64,000 bases of DNA from Lingula anatina. Its lineage: Eukaryota > Animalia > Brachiopoda. Both the position numbers and the translations under genes were made by a program. The notes beneath the pieces were generated by a model. That model ran no database searches. It saw nothing but the letters and a program-made list of their open reading frames with translations, and was not told the DNA's origin. This document shows, piece by piece, positions 39,336 to 53,300 of this stretch (positions are counted from its first letter, which is position 1; each line of letters begins with the position of its first letter). The DNA lies in the NCBI GenBank assembly GCA_051362555.1, contig CM120640.1:58568788-58632787 (forward strand). The letters are read 5' to 3'.

Positions 39336-42300
39336 AGTAGCACTGCAAACTAGGATCCTAATACAAAACTTAATTTCATAGGCACAGTTGGTGAACATGT
39401 GCTATTTTTAGGCAAGATAAAGCACCTGTTTTGAATAATATTTAACACATAAATTAGAAGAAAAACTCATATTTTAAGTATTCTTAATCTGTCTATTATC
39501 ATTCAGTGCTAAGACACTGACAGTATGGTACTAGTTAGCACTCACTTTACACCTATTCAGTCACGTCTAGGCAGAGCAGAAATGATGAGTGAAGCTACAT
39601 TAAGGCAGCTTTAAGTTATATAATATTATAAATGCAGATTTCTACAAACAGTATTTCACGCCAACACCGAAAGGTTCAACTATCTTTCTTTCTTTCTTTC
39701 TTTTTCTTTTATTGCTTTTTTCAATTTTTTTTAATGACAAACATCAGGAATCTGGCTATTGATAACATAAATAAGGATATTTGCTGACTTCTGGTAAATG
39801 TTTCCCTGCTGTATTAGCCCAGATTAATGAGTTGACATTCAACATAATGCTTCACAGGAACAGATTCTATGTATTCTGCCAATTTTAAAACAAATCTGGG
39901 ATTTCCTTTGAAACATACATGCCACAGATAACCCATTCATTTCAACATAATCCCAATAACACCACTGCAAGCACTACAAATTGTTGCTGCTGTCAGACTG
40001 TACTGTCCATAATATCTATCAAAAGTAATACTGTCACGACATATGTCATGTAAACATGCCATTTCCATGGTACTTTGATATACAATTACATAATCACTTC
40101 CTCTTTACACAGTTTACTACTTCTGCAGAGGATATACATTAGACTAAGGGGGGGGGGGGATTTTACTCATAATATCTATGGGAAAAATGATGAAAACAGG
40201 AATACTTACTATCCAACCTTGCAACCACATCATCAATCATGCACTGTTTAGTATAAGAATCTTCTATTGTTGGATCATAATCTGTTACAAAATAGGACTG
40301 CAAAATAAAAAGTAGAAGTGACATTTACTGAGTAAGTAAATATATATATACTTCTGAAAGGAAACTTGGTTCTTACACAGGATTTTGTGTTTTGAGTTTT
40401 GTGTGTGTTGTGATGTGAGTTTTATGTGTTGTTGTGTTGCCACTTTGTTGTGGCCCTTACCTTCCCTCTACAGTCCATTTTCCTCACTCTGGGTTAGCAC
40501 TAACACTCACCAATTTAGCCAAATGCTAAAACTGACTTAAGTTGGCTAAACAAAAACTGGTTGATTTGACTTGTTTTAGTCAAATTTAAACCATTTGGAG
40601 AAAAAGAGAAAAAAATTGCTACCACAGTCGCTGTTATATCATGTAAGCAGTACTTTGAATTATTCCAGATTTAAAAAAAGAAAACTTTTGTATGTAAGCG
40701 TCGCTCTTGACCCGCGCTAAAATGTATAAATTTATCTTGTTGTTAAAACGTTATCACATATTTTTATAACAAAGGCTTGGCTAAATAAAGTGTGAACTAT
40801 CCTATGGGCATAAGTTTTTGTTGGACCAAACTTACTCTTTAAGACCCCATTCCCAGAGATTAGATCGATCCAACTAGATCGACCTAATTCCCTAGGGGTT
40901 CACGCTAAATAGCTGTCAGCCGAGTGGGCATGACAGTTAATTACCCCCTTACAGCTTGTTGTAGGCAGGACGGACATCTAAGCCAGATTATCTGACAGTA
41001 ATCTAGTGAGACTCCCCACTGGGATAGAGTGATCTAAAATCTATGGGAATGCGCCCTAATTGCCTGAGGATTTTAGGTCATCTTTCACCTTCTTTGATTA
41101 ACAAGATATGTTAATTGGTTTCAAGGATATATCCTTATCTATCCAATCTCTGCTAAGAAAATTATCCTGCTCATTAGGAATGTTGCCTACAATAATCTAT
41201 CTTGGATTGACCAAAATATTGTTTGTACTAAGTAAGTTATTCCTTTTTGAAGTGAACAATCCATTGTAATATGGAATGATTATAACCCCCCCCCCCTCCA
41301 GCTTTGTATCAACATTAAGATAATTTTTGATAGCTACCTTGGTACTAGAAAAAAACCCGTAAAAAAATTTTTTCTCCAAAATGCCAATACAGTGTGATCA
41401 GTTTTATTCTCTCTTTCTCTATACAGTGTGTGTGTGAATGTGTGCGTGTGCGTGTGCGTACATGCAGAGAGAGTTAAAGTGCAACGTCTTACAGGTACAT
41501 GTAATAAGAAGTTATCAGATTGCTTTAAATAGAAACTAAGTCATGCTGCACTACTTCTGTAACTTTATTCCTTTCCCCTCTAGACCCCTTTAGCAAAACA
41601 ATACCTAACATGAATTAAATGTACATAATTGTGGATTTAGAATTGAGCTTACATTTTATTGCAGTGAATAATATAAATTTACGCTACACTTCAAACAAAA
41701 TGAAAGTACATGCTATAGTAAAATGTAGGTATCGGTAAGTGGGATACTGGCTTGTACAAAAATTGGTAAACATTTCCTGTTTCTCTAAACAGGAGAATGT
41801 TAGAGGGTCTGCATTGCAAATCTTTCTAAATATAGAAAAGGGCATCAACCACAGTTAAGTGATGTACATTCCTTAATTGACAGCAAGAAAGTGGACCACA
41901 TGTAAAGCAGTGTTCAGACAAAGACTGTTTAAAACTTGCATCAACCTAAAAAACATCACTTGATGACATGTTTTTAAAACTGCAGTGTCTGTTTTTCCTA
42001 AAACACAATTTCTGGTCTACAGTAGTAAAGGTGTGAAAGGAGTAGAGTTATTATAAAATACTGATGTTTTATCCTGTTTGTATTTGACAATACAATTTTT
42101 CAATAAAATACATTAACTGAATGCCCATACCATAGGTACTAGTACTTATTTACTCACTTTCTCATATCAATATTCCAGCCAAATCAGTTTCTTTTGTACT
42201 ACTTTTCATTTTGTTGATCAAAATGTAGCATCTCTGTTTTAGATACCAACATCAAAAGAACCACCTAAGATTGGCCCTGGTTTTGCTTTCTTGGAAGTAT

Positions 42301-44589
42301 TTAGTTTACACTTTGATAAAATGAAAAACACCTGGAAGACATTTCACATATGCACATGACCCATGGGACATGACCCCACACAGTATATACACTGTGGCAT
42401 GTACACCAGACATGATATATACTCCTAAAAGCAATTAGGTCAAAACACTTTTTACATAAAAAACAATAAAAAACACATTAATCATCACTTTTCTTCTTCT
42501 CTATTATTATAGTTCCAAGTATTAAAATTTATTATTTTCTTTAAGACAAGTTTTTATTAAAGCAGTCAAATATAGGAATATTCTAAAGATGCATCTGATT
42601 TTTATGATGACATTCACATTCAAGTTTTCTTTTTGGCTTTTTAAGTGATCTTACAAATCCCCTTTTGATTAAAAAATTCACACTGAAAACTTAAAAAAGA
42701 TAACTTGCCCCTGATCCCCTTTACTTATGGAGAGAAGGCAACAGTAGTACTGAGGCATTAAATATCCCATTAAACTGTAAATGATTTGGGCTTATACTAC
42801 TACTCATCTTTTAAAGGAACTTTTTATCATCAGTTTTCTTCTCTAGACTTCACTTATAAGCACTTATTAAACTTTTCTAGATATTATTTACTCAAAGCCA
42901 TTTGGTATATTTAATGTCATATCAACAATTAGCAACAGTTGTGTCACCCCTCACTATTATGAACCTGTATGATATTGAAATTCATGTTTCTTTTACAGTT
43001 AATAAAGTTCAAAATTTAATAACTATCTTAATCATTCTTTAAATCTTATCTATTTCTGATACAAATATATTTGAAATTGCCATGAACTGGTATGCCTTTA
43101 AAATCTTTGATAACTTTGGAGAAACCTCAAATTGAGCCAGACAATAACAAATGTTACATTTACCACCCAAATCCAATAAAGAGGTGCAAATGAGGTCACA
43201 GGCATGTTCTTCAAAATATTTAGTGCACAGATTACAAAGTATGTTTGGTCATTTTAGGGTCCAACACGAAGAAGTTTGTATCATAGTTTCACTCTCCTGG
43301 AACCATTAGTAATAAATAATAATTTGTCATCTTATCCCAAAAAGGAACATACATTACATTCACAAATGCAAAACATCCAGCTGTGGAAACATTTCACTCA
43401 CTTTGAAAAATTCAATCGTCACTGGTTTTGTTCTTAAATTTATCTCCTACAAGGATAATGTTGTACAACGTTATGATAATTTTCTGTATACTAAAGAACA
43501 GTTAATTTTTTGAGTGACTTCAGATTGCTTGTCACTGAATATTTAAAAAAAGGGGGAAATACACCCTACTGGCAGTAAAATAAGCATTAAATAAAACTAT
43601 TTTCCATTGGTGGTCCAAATATTGTGTCAGAAATGTCAAACTACACCCTACTGACAGTTAAATAAGCATTAAATAAACTATTTTCCATTAGTGGTCCAAA
43701 TATTGTGTCAGAATATCATATCATATTGGGCAAGATGAAACTTTCTGACAATTTTCTGGGGAACATACGTTACGTAGTATTAGCCATGATGCAAAGCTCC
43801 TTGAGTTACAGTGTAAATAATTATAAAAACATCTTTACATCATATAATTTACCATGGCTGAATAACTACAAAATATATTAAAATGCAACATAAAAATTAA
43901 AATACATTACCAGAACATACTAGTATGTTACCATTGAGGCTCCTTACATAATGTACAGAAATGGCAAAACTTTTATGTAGATGTAAAATTGAGACAGCCA
44001 TGGAATATTTGTTCTATGCACATATATGTTTTAAAATATAAATACAACTTTAAATTCATTCAATTTTATTTGCACCTCTATATATTGGGTTTAGGTGTTA
44101 CATTGGGTGTTTATTAGGTGTTTATGAAAGAATATTTTCTTCTTCAAGAAAACAGTTTAATGGATTCCATGTATAAATGACTGGGCAGTGGGCACGACAC
44201 TTAATTGCTGCTATCTGTGATATCTTACTTTAGGCTTGAAAGAGATGATATACACTGTATATCTATTCTAGTCTAGACAGTATTTTTTTTTTTCTAAAAT
44301 ATAACCATTAATAAAATCTCTCTCGTGTGCGACATTATTTTATTTTAAATGTACATCTTCTTTCAAGCTGCTGCTTCCAGTTAGCACCACTACATTCATT
44401 CATATTGCCCTAAAACTAAAACCTAACAACTGAAACTTACAATAACAACTGACAGCAACAGTGCGCCGAATTATAAGTATTTACCTGGATAAACTGTATA
44501 GTTAAGGCACTTTTTCCAACTCCACCTCCACCAACAACAACTAACTTGTAGCTCTGACTGTAGTTGTTACTATCATGATTTCTATACAT
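34304..44589 (-). CDS. RRAS2: Ras-related protein R-Ras2/TC21-like GTPase, 199 aa; exons 44589-44485, 40297-40210, 37649-37547, 37326-37218, 35270-35152, 34379-34304
   Basis: [22 protein letters not shown] | [19 protein letters not shown] | [19 protein letters not shown] | [16 protein letters not shown] | [16 protein letters not shown] | ...[13 protein letters not shown]. Exons sum to 600 nt in frame, with canonical splice sites and a CAAX box. Confidence 0.94.
35757..36190. repeat. Degenerate ~110-bp direct repeat pair in an RRAS2 intron (probable old transposon remnant)
   Basis: aaaatgc.aatatgtgaaaaat...aactgca..acttccagaaaaa...caggctggttttccaa.tcaagct.tacttaag at ~35757 and ~36079. Confidence 0.55.
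38620..39335. repeat. Two (TAAA)n microsatellites (~38620-38662, ~39292-39335)
   Basis: Direct reading; a (TTTA)n tract also lies at ~50333-50395. Confidence 0.9.
40843..41056. mobile_element. Harbinger-like MITE in RRAS2 intron 1 (inverted relative of 17672-17903)
   Basis: taa|gaccccattcccagagattagatc...gatctaaaatctatgggaatgcgccc|taa. The interior matches the reverse complement of 17700-17900. Confidence 0.72.
43560..43713. repeat. 82-bp two-unit tandem duplication
   Basis: tacaccctactg.cagt.aaataagcattaaataaa...ggtccaaatattgtgtcagaa occurs twice. Confidence 0.85.
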
Positions 44590-44639
44590 GACGGATGGCT
44601 TTCCTGCTTCGCGAATCTTTGAACGGATGGGAGTGTACA

Positions 44640-44950
44640 GCAACTTCTCTCGAAAATGGCGGAAGTTGCTTCATCATCCAGTTGCCGGGCCTCTTGCATT
44701 GGACAATATAGTTTCGACCCATTTGTCATACACATTTTGTAAATCCAATGCTTAGTTTTAAAAGAAAAACGTTTAAGTGCTTTCATCCAAACATAAAGAA
44801 ATGCAGTTAATTTTAGTTTGTAAGATTGATTCTTATGATCGAAACGAAAAATCATTTCGCTTTGCTTCTGACGTCACCGTCTTCTCCCCTTTTTATTGGC
44901 TGAATTATTCAACACGAAATTTGAAAATATTGGGAAGGTATTTTGTCAAG
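44640..44950. promoter_or_regulatory. Putative bidirectional promoter of RRAS2 and INCENP, including INCENP non-coding exon 1 (donor after 44950)
   Basis: Locally CpG-rich. AAAATGGCGGAAG (YY1/ETS-like, ~44653-44665), TGACGTCA (CRE, 44869-44876), ATTGG (CCAAT box, 44895-44899), TTTGAA (CHR, 44920-44925), donor AAG|gtgagt. Confidence 0.65.
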
Positions 44951-45433
44951 GTGAGTAAACTTGTCCGTCGATATCTTACTTTATAGAATTTGTTACATAC
45001 TAATGTTAAACTTTTATATAATTCAATTAAAATTAAAGTTCAAATAATATGTTTATTAAACATGGCAACGTAATCTTTTCATGTAGCGCAAGAATCGCTA
45101 GCTGGGCTCAGTTTTCAAATGAACATATCGATTGTTACTTCTAAATGATAAAGCTGATATTAGTACACCATTTAACTAAGTTTAAGGCTTATGAGTGAAA
45201 CATTGGCATTGCAGCAGTGCTGTGTAGAACATAACATGAGTAAAAGTGATATTTTGATTGACTACAGATATGCTTCACTTAATTTTATCACTTCTATATT
45301 CACGGGCAGTACTTGAACATTAACATTTTATACCACGAAGTAGTATAAATATTAACTAATAATAATAATAATAATATGTGCATTTCGCAGGAGGCTTTAG
45401 GAAACCTACTAGCAGTTGGAACTATAACCAAAC

Positions 45434-48400
45434 ATGGTCTCCATAATGGCAGCTAGTGCAGGAAGATCTGGAGATGGATTTAATTTTCATCTCACTGCAA
45501 CACAACTTATCAGGCAATTTGCAAATAATGCAGAAGATCACTTCACCTGGCTGGAAGAGATATTAATAGAAGCAAAGAAAGCATTTAAAAGGTAACACTA
45601 AGGTAGCACATAACAAATTTGAAGGTGAAAAATTTGTTAAACGACAAGAAAATAGTTGACTTCACATTACAGTCATACAAAACACACCCTTGTCAACTTA
45701 ATAATTGGCTTGCACATGCATCACTTGCAACTTAGATTTGCCAGACTTGTACCTAGTTCATGCACTGTAGTGATGGAGAAAGTTAAGTGTTTAAAGTGGC
45801 AGTTTCACACTTTTAAATGTCATTTAAATTTCATTTTCATGAACAGATGTGTCAAGGTATATGCATCAATGATCTTTTCTGTCATGATTGAATAATTTGT
45901 CTTTGTCTGTACCAGGAAATAAATATTGGTAGTTCCAACTCCGATAGTGATGCATGTTATATCTGGATAACTTATTTCCTTTTGCTGGTCAGTCAGCCTC
46001 AGGTCGAGTTGCTGCTCATTACAGCACCGTTTACCCTCTCAATTACTCAAAGTAGAATTCTCTTACCATTTTGTAGCCCAGAGGTAGAACTGTTGCCGAA
46101 AACCCCATCTGCTAAACGTGGTCGTAGAAGAAAGAAAGATGATTTATCTGAAAGTGATGACAACTGCAAGCCACCAGCAAAAAAGGCCAGGTATGGTTTT
46201 CCAAAGAGCTTAACATTTCCTGGCTTTTTAAGTCTTAATTTAGTGCATTTGGCAGTGAGGTTATCAAAATTGTGAACATTTTTTACATGTATGATTCAAG
46301 ATTTTATTATTGGCCTTTTTAGTCGTGCAACAGGTAAAAGAAAGAAGACGAGAAAGGAGTCAGTTGAATCTGTTGAGTCCAGCACATCTGAAAGCATTGA
46401 TATGGAGCCCAAAGAAGGATCTCCAGTTGTTGAAGAAGAAACTCCTCCTAAGAGGCATGTAAGGCCAAACACACGGTCAGCAAATACCACAGGGCGTACA
46501 ACAAGAAACAGTCGAAATACAAGGTCCAATAAAGACAAAGTTCAGGAGGTTGTTGCTCCATCCCCCATTATGAATATGATTGACAGTGTAAAGGCAGTAG
46601 AACCTACTGATGACATAAAAACTCCAATCAATGACAAAGAGAATGCTGAAGTTGGACCTGGTGAACCAGAGGACAAGCTTGAAGTTACAGAATTAAAAGC
46701 CAAGAATGCACTCAAACATGTTTCACCAATCAAAATCAACACCCAAGCAGCGAATTCATTTCAAAGTCCAAAGTTTATCAAGGATTTTGTTGCCATGAAA
46801 GTCAAGGAGAAAATCCATGCTCTTGAGGAGTTCATGCGTCCAGGGCGTGGCAGTCCAAAACAATCGGCAACACCTGTTAATGATCCTCAGAAATCTTCTG
46901 ACAACATGAAGACACCAGTGTCGAAAGGATCAGCAGACACCCCTCAAACACCACCAACAGTGGTTACAAAAACACTTGTCAAGGTGAAGTCCAGAATAGG
47001 TCGTACTTCTGATGAAGCTGTGAAGGATACTTCAAACATCCAGGGGGAAGAGAAAATGGAAACTACTATTGAAGTGCCAGAAAAAATGGTTCCTGTTAGT
47101 GGTGATATTCAAAAAGAAGCTGTTTGTGTTGCCAATTTAGCTGTTGTTGAAGATACGAAAAAAGAAAATGAGGTTCTTTTGAAGAACAGGAGAAGTAGTA
47201 TTACTGTATTAGGAGTGAAATCAGGGTTGCATAGATCATCCCTGACAGGGAAACCTGGTCCCCGACGATCCAAGTCTTCCAGAGTATCTTCTTCAACTCA
47301 GAGGTCCACTCGCACCAAGACAATAAGGAAACATATCCACAAGGAAGAAGATAATGACTCTGATGATGCACTTGTAACAGAGAGTGATCTAGAAGATATG
47401 GTAGCTAAGAATGAAAATATCCCACATCAAGTTACCACAGCTAAGGTAGGAGCATGTTGAATGTTTGGTCATTTTAATTTCTGTCACCCCTTTCTTTTAC
47501 TTGTATAAGATAGATCTGATGTTAAAAAGTATGACTTGATTAAGTTTTGAGATGTCTAATTTGTTTGGATCAACTTTTAGAGTTCACCCAGTGCAGCAAC
47601 ACCAGGTTCAGACAGAAAGGTTACACGTTCAAAACTAAGGCTGAAAAAGCCTATAAAGAAAGATGCCACTTCACTCGCCAGTACTCCAGACAAAAATCAG
47701 GTTGGCTTTGGGTTTCTTTTCTGTCTTACATTTATAACAGTTGAATAATTTATAAATTGAGCATTAATTTTATAGTGAAATAAAGTGGGATTAAAGCAGG
47801 TCAGAATTGGAAGGGAGGTTGTGGAAGTATAGTGACAGCAAATGTTGATGAGAGATTATTTTTCAGAACCCTGTGAGGAGTACCAGAACCAAAGTGCTAT
47901 CCCGTCATCAAACTAAGTGTTCTAGTTCAGATACAGAGAGCAATGGTACCCCATCAAAGGATGCAGTGTTTCAAGTTCCAACTGCCCCAGCTCCTAAAGC
48001 TAGGTATTCATCTACCAAGGACAGCCCTGCTGACAGAGTTAGACATCTGTCGAATAACAGGCCTATTGACCGAGTTCAACATATTGTTCAAAGAAGCAGT
48101 CCAGCAACATCAGATTCAGAAGGAGAAGTAAGGCGATCAACCAGAACAAAACAGAGGCAGCTACATCAACAATTACACATTGCAAAACCAGCAGTAACTA
48201 GTGAATCATCTATTGTACCTGCCACCAGCAAAAGTGAGGAATCAGAAAGTGGGAGAACAACACAGTCTGATTCTTCTAGCCCACCAGAGGTCCAACAGGT
48301 CAAACCAAACACTCCAGGGTCTGAGCAGTCAAAAACACCCACAGTGGTGTCCAACACTGACTATGATGCATCTGATGATGAGGCCACTCCAGTTGCACAG

Positions 48401-50332
48401 CTCGAGCAACCACGACGTACCACACGTACCAAGACACTAAGAACACGACTCAGCACACAGGCACAGCGAAAGCAGCCTGAGTCTTCAGATGAAGAGGTAG
48501 CCCACAATGAGGACGCAATTCCACCTCAGAGGACGACAAGGTCCAAAATGAGACAGAACAAACCTGTACCTCAAGTGGTGTGTGTAAGTGATGCTGACTG
48601 TGAAAATACTCCAACCAACCCACAAGCTCCTTCCTCACTGACTGAGAATGCTGGAAGGTTCACTAGGTGTGTGTTTGGATTAATTTGAAGCATCTTTTAC
48701 ATGACTTGCACAAAAAAGTCTCTTAATCTTTTTTTTTTTTTTTTTTTTTGTCAAAACTTAAAGCCAGTAAAATTTGTGTAGTTTTAGCAAATGTGTAACA
48801 CTGTTTGCCATCAAAACTTGAACCACGTGTCATTGTGGAGCTTTAGCAAATATGTAACACTTTGTGTAACATTTGCTTCATGATTTTCTATTATTCTGTA
48901 GAAGTAAGATGCGCAAAAGACCCCCGGCCTCTGGTTCTGAAGACTCTGATGCCGTCAACCCACCCGAGGCAAAGAAGATGACAAGAGAAGCAATGGTATG
49001 CAGTGATCTCCTTCACTGTCATTAAAAATATTGCTAACATATTAAGCAAACTGGTCTTTGTTTTCCGTACCAAACCAAGGGTGCATTATTTCTTGTATTT
49101 TCTCTAATGTATTTAAAAAGAAAAACCGTACAACATTTGATGGTAACTCAATTTGTAAAATCCTACCATGTAATCTACAGTTAAAAAGGATTTTGCTTGC
49201 TGTGGAAGCAACAAAGACTACTTGCTAAATTTAATTAATATTAAATATACACTTTTCACACCAGAGTTCAGATGAAGAAGCTAGAGCCAGAACAGAAGAG
49301 GACACTGATAAAGGTAAGTGCCATTTTGTTTATAGTTTGTGTGACATATTTCATTGTAGAGTCTGCTTTTCATTTCAAATTATAACTGATGTTGATGGTG
49401 ACTGTCCACTTGGTTTTTTCTGTTTCCCAACTGGACTTCATGTTTATACTATTGTTACATGGTTTGGTAAAACGATATTTAAATGATCATTTTTGGTTAT
49501 ATTTGCAGCAATGGTTCAAAGCGAGACCCCTTGCAAAACACCTGGGAGCGATTCTGACTTCCATACGTATGTATATAGATTTGTATAGAACACTACCTTT
49601 TGTTAAATCCGTTGTCATTAGTAACAGTAAAATCCAAGGATAAAATTTTCTTAATTTTTACTAATTCAGTTAATGTAAAAAATACCCCTCATATATATAC
49701 AATCCCATCCTAGTTTAAAATGTATTGTTATTGATTGATTTAGAGTTTGTTACACAATAGTTTTTTTCTGTTATTACCTCGTACTATAGGCCTAGCAGTG
49801 CTAATAACAGTGACATAGTTGAGAAGACACCTTCTCCAGAATGTCCCAGAAATAAGGTACGGATCTTAGCTACATATTTTTTATGCTGCCAGTGTCAAAT
49901 ATAGTTTAAGGATATATACATGTTATACATACATTAAACTACAATTTTACCAACAATGTATACATTTTCACACAAGTAGGTATATTAACCCCAAGTTGGG
50001 GGCAGTAGGCTCATAAAATGTATAACTCATTTTCAACTGGCTTGATGATGATATAACACATTTTTAGGTTATAAGACCTCATCCAGCATCTTTTCTTAAT
50101 GCATTGAACCAGAAGAAAGAGGCATTGAATAGCAGAGGCAATGTGGTTACTTCTTTCATACAAAGAAACACCCCCAAGAAAATGACATCAAAGGTGGGAG
50201 CTCAAAAATGTTAAAGGGTAGTGTGCACATTAATATGCTTCACTAATATTGTGTTACCAACATATGTTACCAAGAGATTGAACTTTAATTATACATCATT
50301 ACACACAAGACATAAAATATATAGTGGGCATT

Positions 50333-50372
<40 letters not shown>

Positions 50373-53300
50373 ATGTTTATTTATTTATTTATTTATAGCA
50401 AAATTTTTTATTTAAAAAAAAGCAAAATTTGTGAACAGGTGCACTTGAAATGGTGCTAAAAGATGATAATAGAGTTTGTTCAGGTGATGCAATGAAAGAA
50501 GAGGTTTGGTTTTTAGATGCTTTTTTTTAAAGGTTGGAAGATAATTCTTAAAGACAGTCTCAGCGCGTTAAACCCTTAAAATAGCACGAAAATGAATTTT
50601 CCTGGAAATCTCACCAATTTCCCCATAATGACCAAGGTATATCCTATCCAAAACCGTTCAGAAAATGAAGCTACCTAATACCGTTTTTAAGTTCCATTAA
50701 ATAATAAAAGACGACTCGTCTTAAATACTCAGCTACCACCTCACAGTACGGCTTCAGAACGCGCAATTTCTCGCTAAGTCTCGCGGTTTACTATGAATGA
50801 AGTACTACGGCTGAGACCCGGATGTTACTATTTGGCGCCAAAACAGCAAACATGTCTCAGACGCGCGTCAAGTCTGAAGAGGAGAGCGACAAAAGGGGAC
50901 GAAAGAAAATAGCCACTCCAGTTCGAAAGATACGAAAGAAAATTAGAGACAGACGAAGAAGCACTCAGACTGTGTATGTTGGGAGGGAGGTGGGGCGGTG
51001 GAGGACACTTAAAGCTGAGTTAGGACTCACATACGAGGCAATGGCGAAACTACTCCTCGACACGTGAGTATGCGCTTCACAGGTCTCAAGTGTGAATGAT
51101 TATCATATTAGCCTGTTCACAATAAATGACAATATTTGTGCTCATACAAAGTTGGTTACGTGTATAAGAGCGTTTTGGGCTTTACGTTTTCTGTTTTTGA
51201 TCGGTACATGTACCGAAAAGATGGACAGGCGGCACTTACATGTCTGACAAGTTTCGCTGTGTAGTCGTGACGTCTATCTCATTCTGACTGAAGCCTGCTG
51301 TGATTGGTCGTAAGCGTGGGAAAATCGAGGTCGTGACCTTGAGCCGGAAGTACTTCTGGCTGTGCTCCGAAATCATGATAAATAGTTTTCGTTTTCTAAT
51401 TCTTTATTCTAGTTGTCTTAACAGGACTTTTGTGACTCAGACTTATTAATATAATAATAAACAATCTCACAAAATACAATTCTGATCAAAGTTTTACATA
51501 GAACCTGCTTCTATACATTAATCTAACCCACTGAGACTGTCTTTAAGATTTTTTGCAGATCTATTAAAAAAAAATAGAGGTAAATTTGCAGCTTTTCAAT
51601 GGAACAAATTGTCTAAATCCCTGTGGTTATTGTTAATTTTTGTTAATGATGCCAGTCCATCAGAGAAGGTAATATCAGTATGACTCAACTATGTTTTTCT
51701 AATATCTTTCTGACAGATAACTTAATAAAAGTTAGTACTGTTTCATATCGTAGATTGATAATGAAAATAATTATCAGATTTGGGGTTTCATTATTGATAA
51801 TTATCCAGGAGATAGCTGAAAAAAAGAAAGCTGAATTGGAAATGAAAAGGCAAAAGGACAAGGATAGATTGAAGAAAAGGGATGAAAGGATCAATCAAAA
51901 AGTTGAAGAGCAAAAAAGGTGAGGTAAATTGGCATAAGGGATTAGTGAAAATTGATAATATAATTTTAAAAAATGTTTTTTATATATTTGAGCAGAAAAT
52001 ATAAATTGTGACTTGACCGTGAAATTACTGTATTAATTGTAGAAAAAGAGAGGAAAGAATGAAAAAAGTGCAAGCCATAAAAGAGGAGAAGGAGAAGAAA
52101 GAAATGGAGTTGAAGAGGAGATTGGAATTAAAGTTGCATGAGAGGCAACAACTTGGTGATGAAGTCAGAGATAAGGCAGTCAGAGAAACAAAAGAAAAAA
52201 TACGAGAGAGGTTATTCAGATATTAATGTTATTATGCATTACATTGCATTATATTATCAAACTGATAATTGATAGGTGATTTGCTGCATTTTACCTTATT
52301 TCATGTAATGAAGTTGAACTAACCAGTTTATTGAAATTACAAAGATTCCCCCAAGAACTGATTGCATACTTGGCCTTTTTCATGGCATTTAAGGCTTGCA
52401 TATGTTCTCTTAGTTGAGATTAGTGAAATTTAATTTTAGGCAAAAAAAATTACAAGAAGCAGAGGAAAGAAGAAAACAAGAAGAAGCAGCTAGACTTCAG
52501 AAACTACAAGAACAGGAAGAAGAAGCTAAGAGGCATGACAAAATGCTAGAGCGCAAGAAACAGTATGAGGAAGAAGAGAGACAAAGAAAAATTGCTGAAA
52601 GTAAAAAGCAACAAGAAGAACGTTTAGCTGAGATTGAAAAGCAGAGGCAGGAAGAAGTAGAAAGACTAAGGTTGAAGAAAGAGGAAGACGACAAGCTCAG
52701 AGAAAGGCAGAGAGAAGAAAGGTACTGCTTTATTGTTATTAATGCATGAATGAAGTATATGGTATGATCAATAAATGTTTCTCTGTTTATTCAAAGAAAA
52801 ACAATTAATTAAAAAAAGATGACAATTTCCAAAATTACATGGATTAAATGTGTATTATGCCTTGTATTGAAAATTGAACTTTTTGTAAAATGAGACAATG
52901 AATGAATTTAGGCAATTATAATAACTGAAGTATGTTTTTCTTTCCAAAAGGTCAAAGGCAAATATTTTGAAATTATTAAATAATTATTACTTGGCTGAAG
53001 TCATCTTTGAGTTGGAGTTTACTAGTAGTATTTATAAGGTAATGGTTATTAGTTACTGGAATATTATTTTTATATGATTATGGGTTTTTTTTTTCAAGGG
53101 AAAAAGAGCTAGCGAGAGAAAAGGCTGAAAGGGAAAAGGCTGAATTTGAAAAAATCAAGGAAAAAGAAAAACTTGAGAAAGAAAGATTGGAACAGGAAAA
53201 AGAAATGGTATGCAATATTCTACTATTTAAATATTTTGCCTGACAAAGGTGTGCTATGTATTTTGGCAATTCTTTGAAAGTTATTTGTAGATATGTCATG

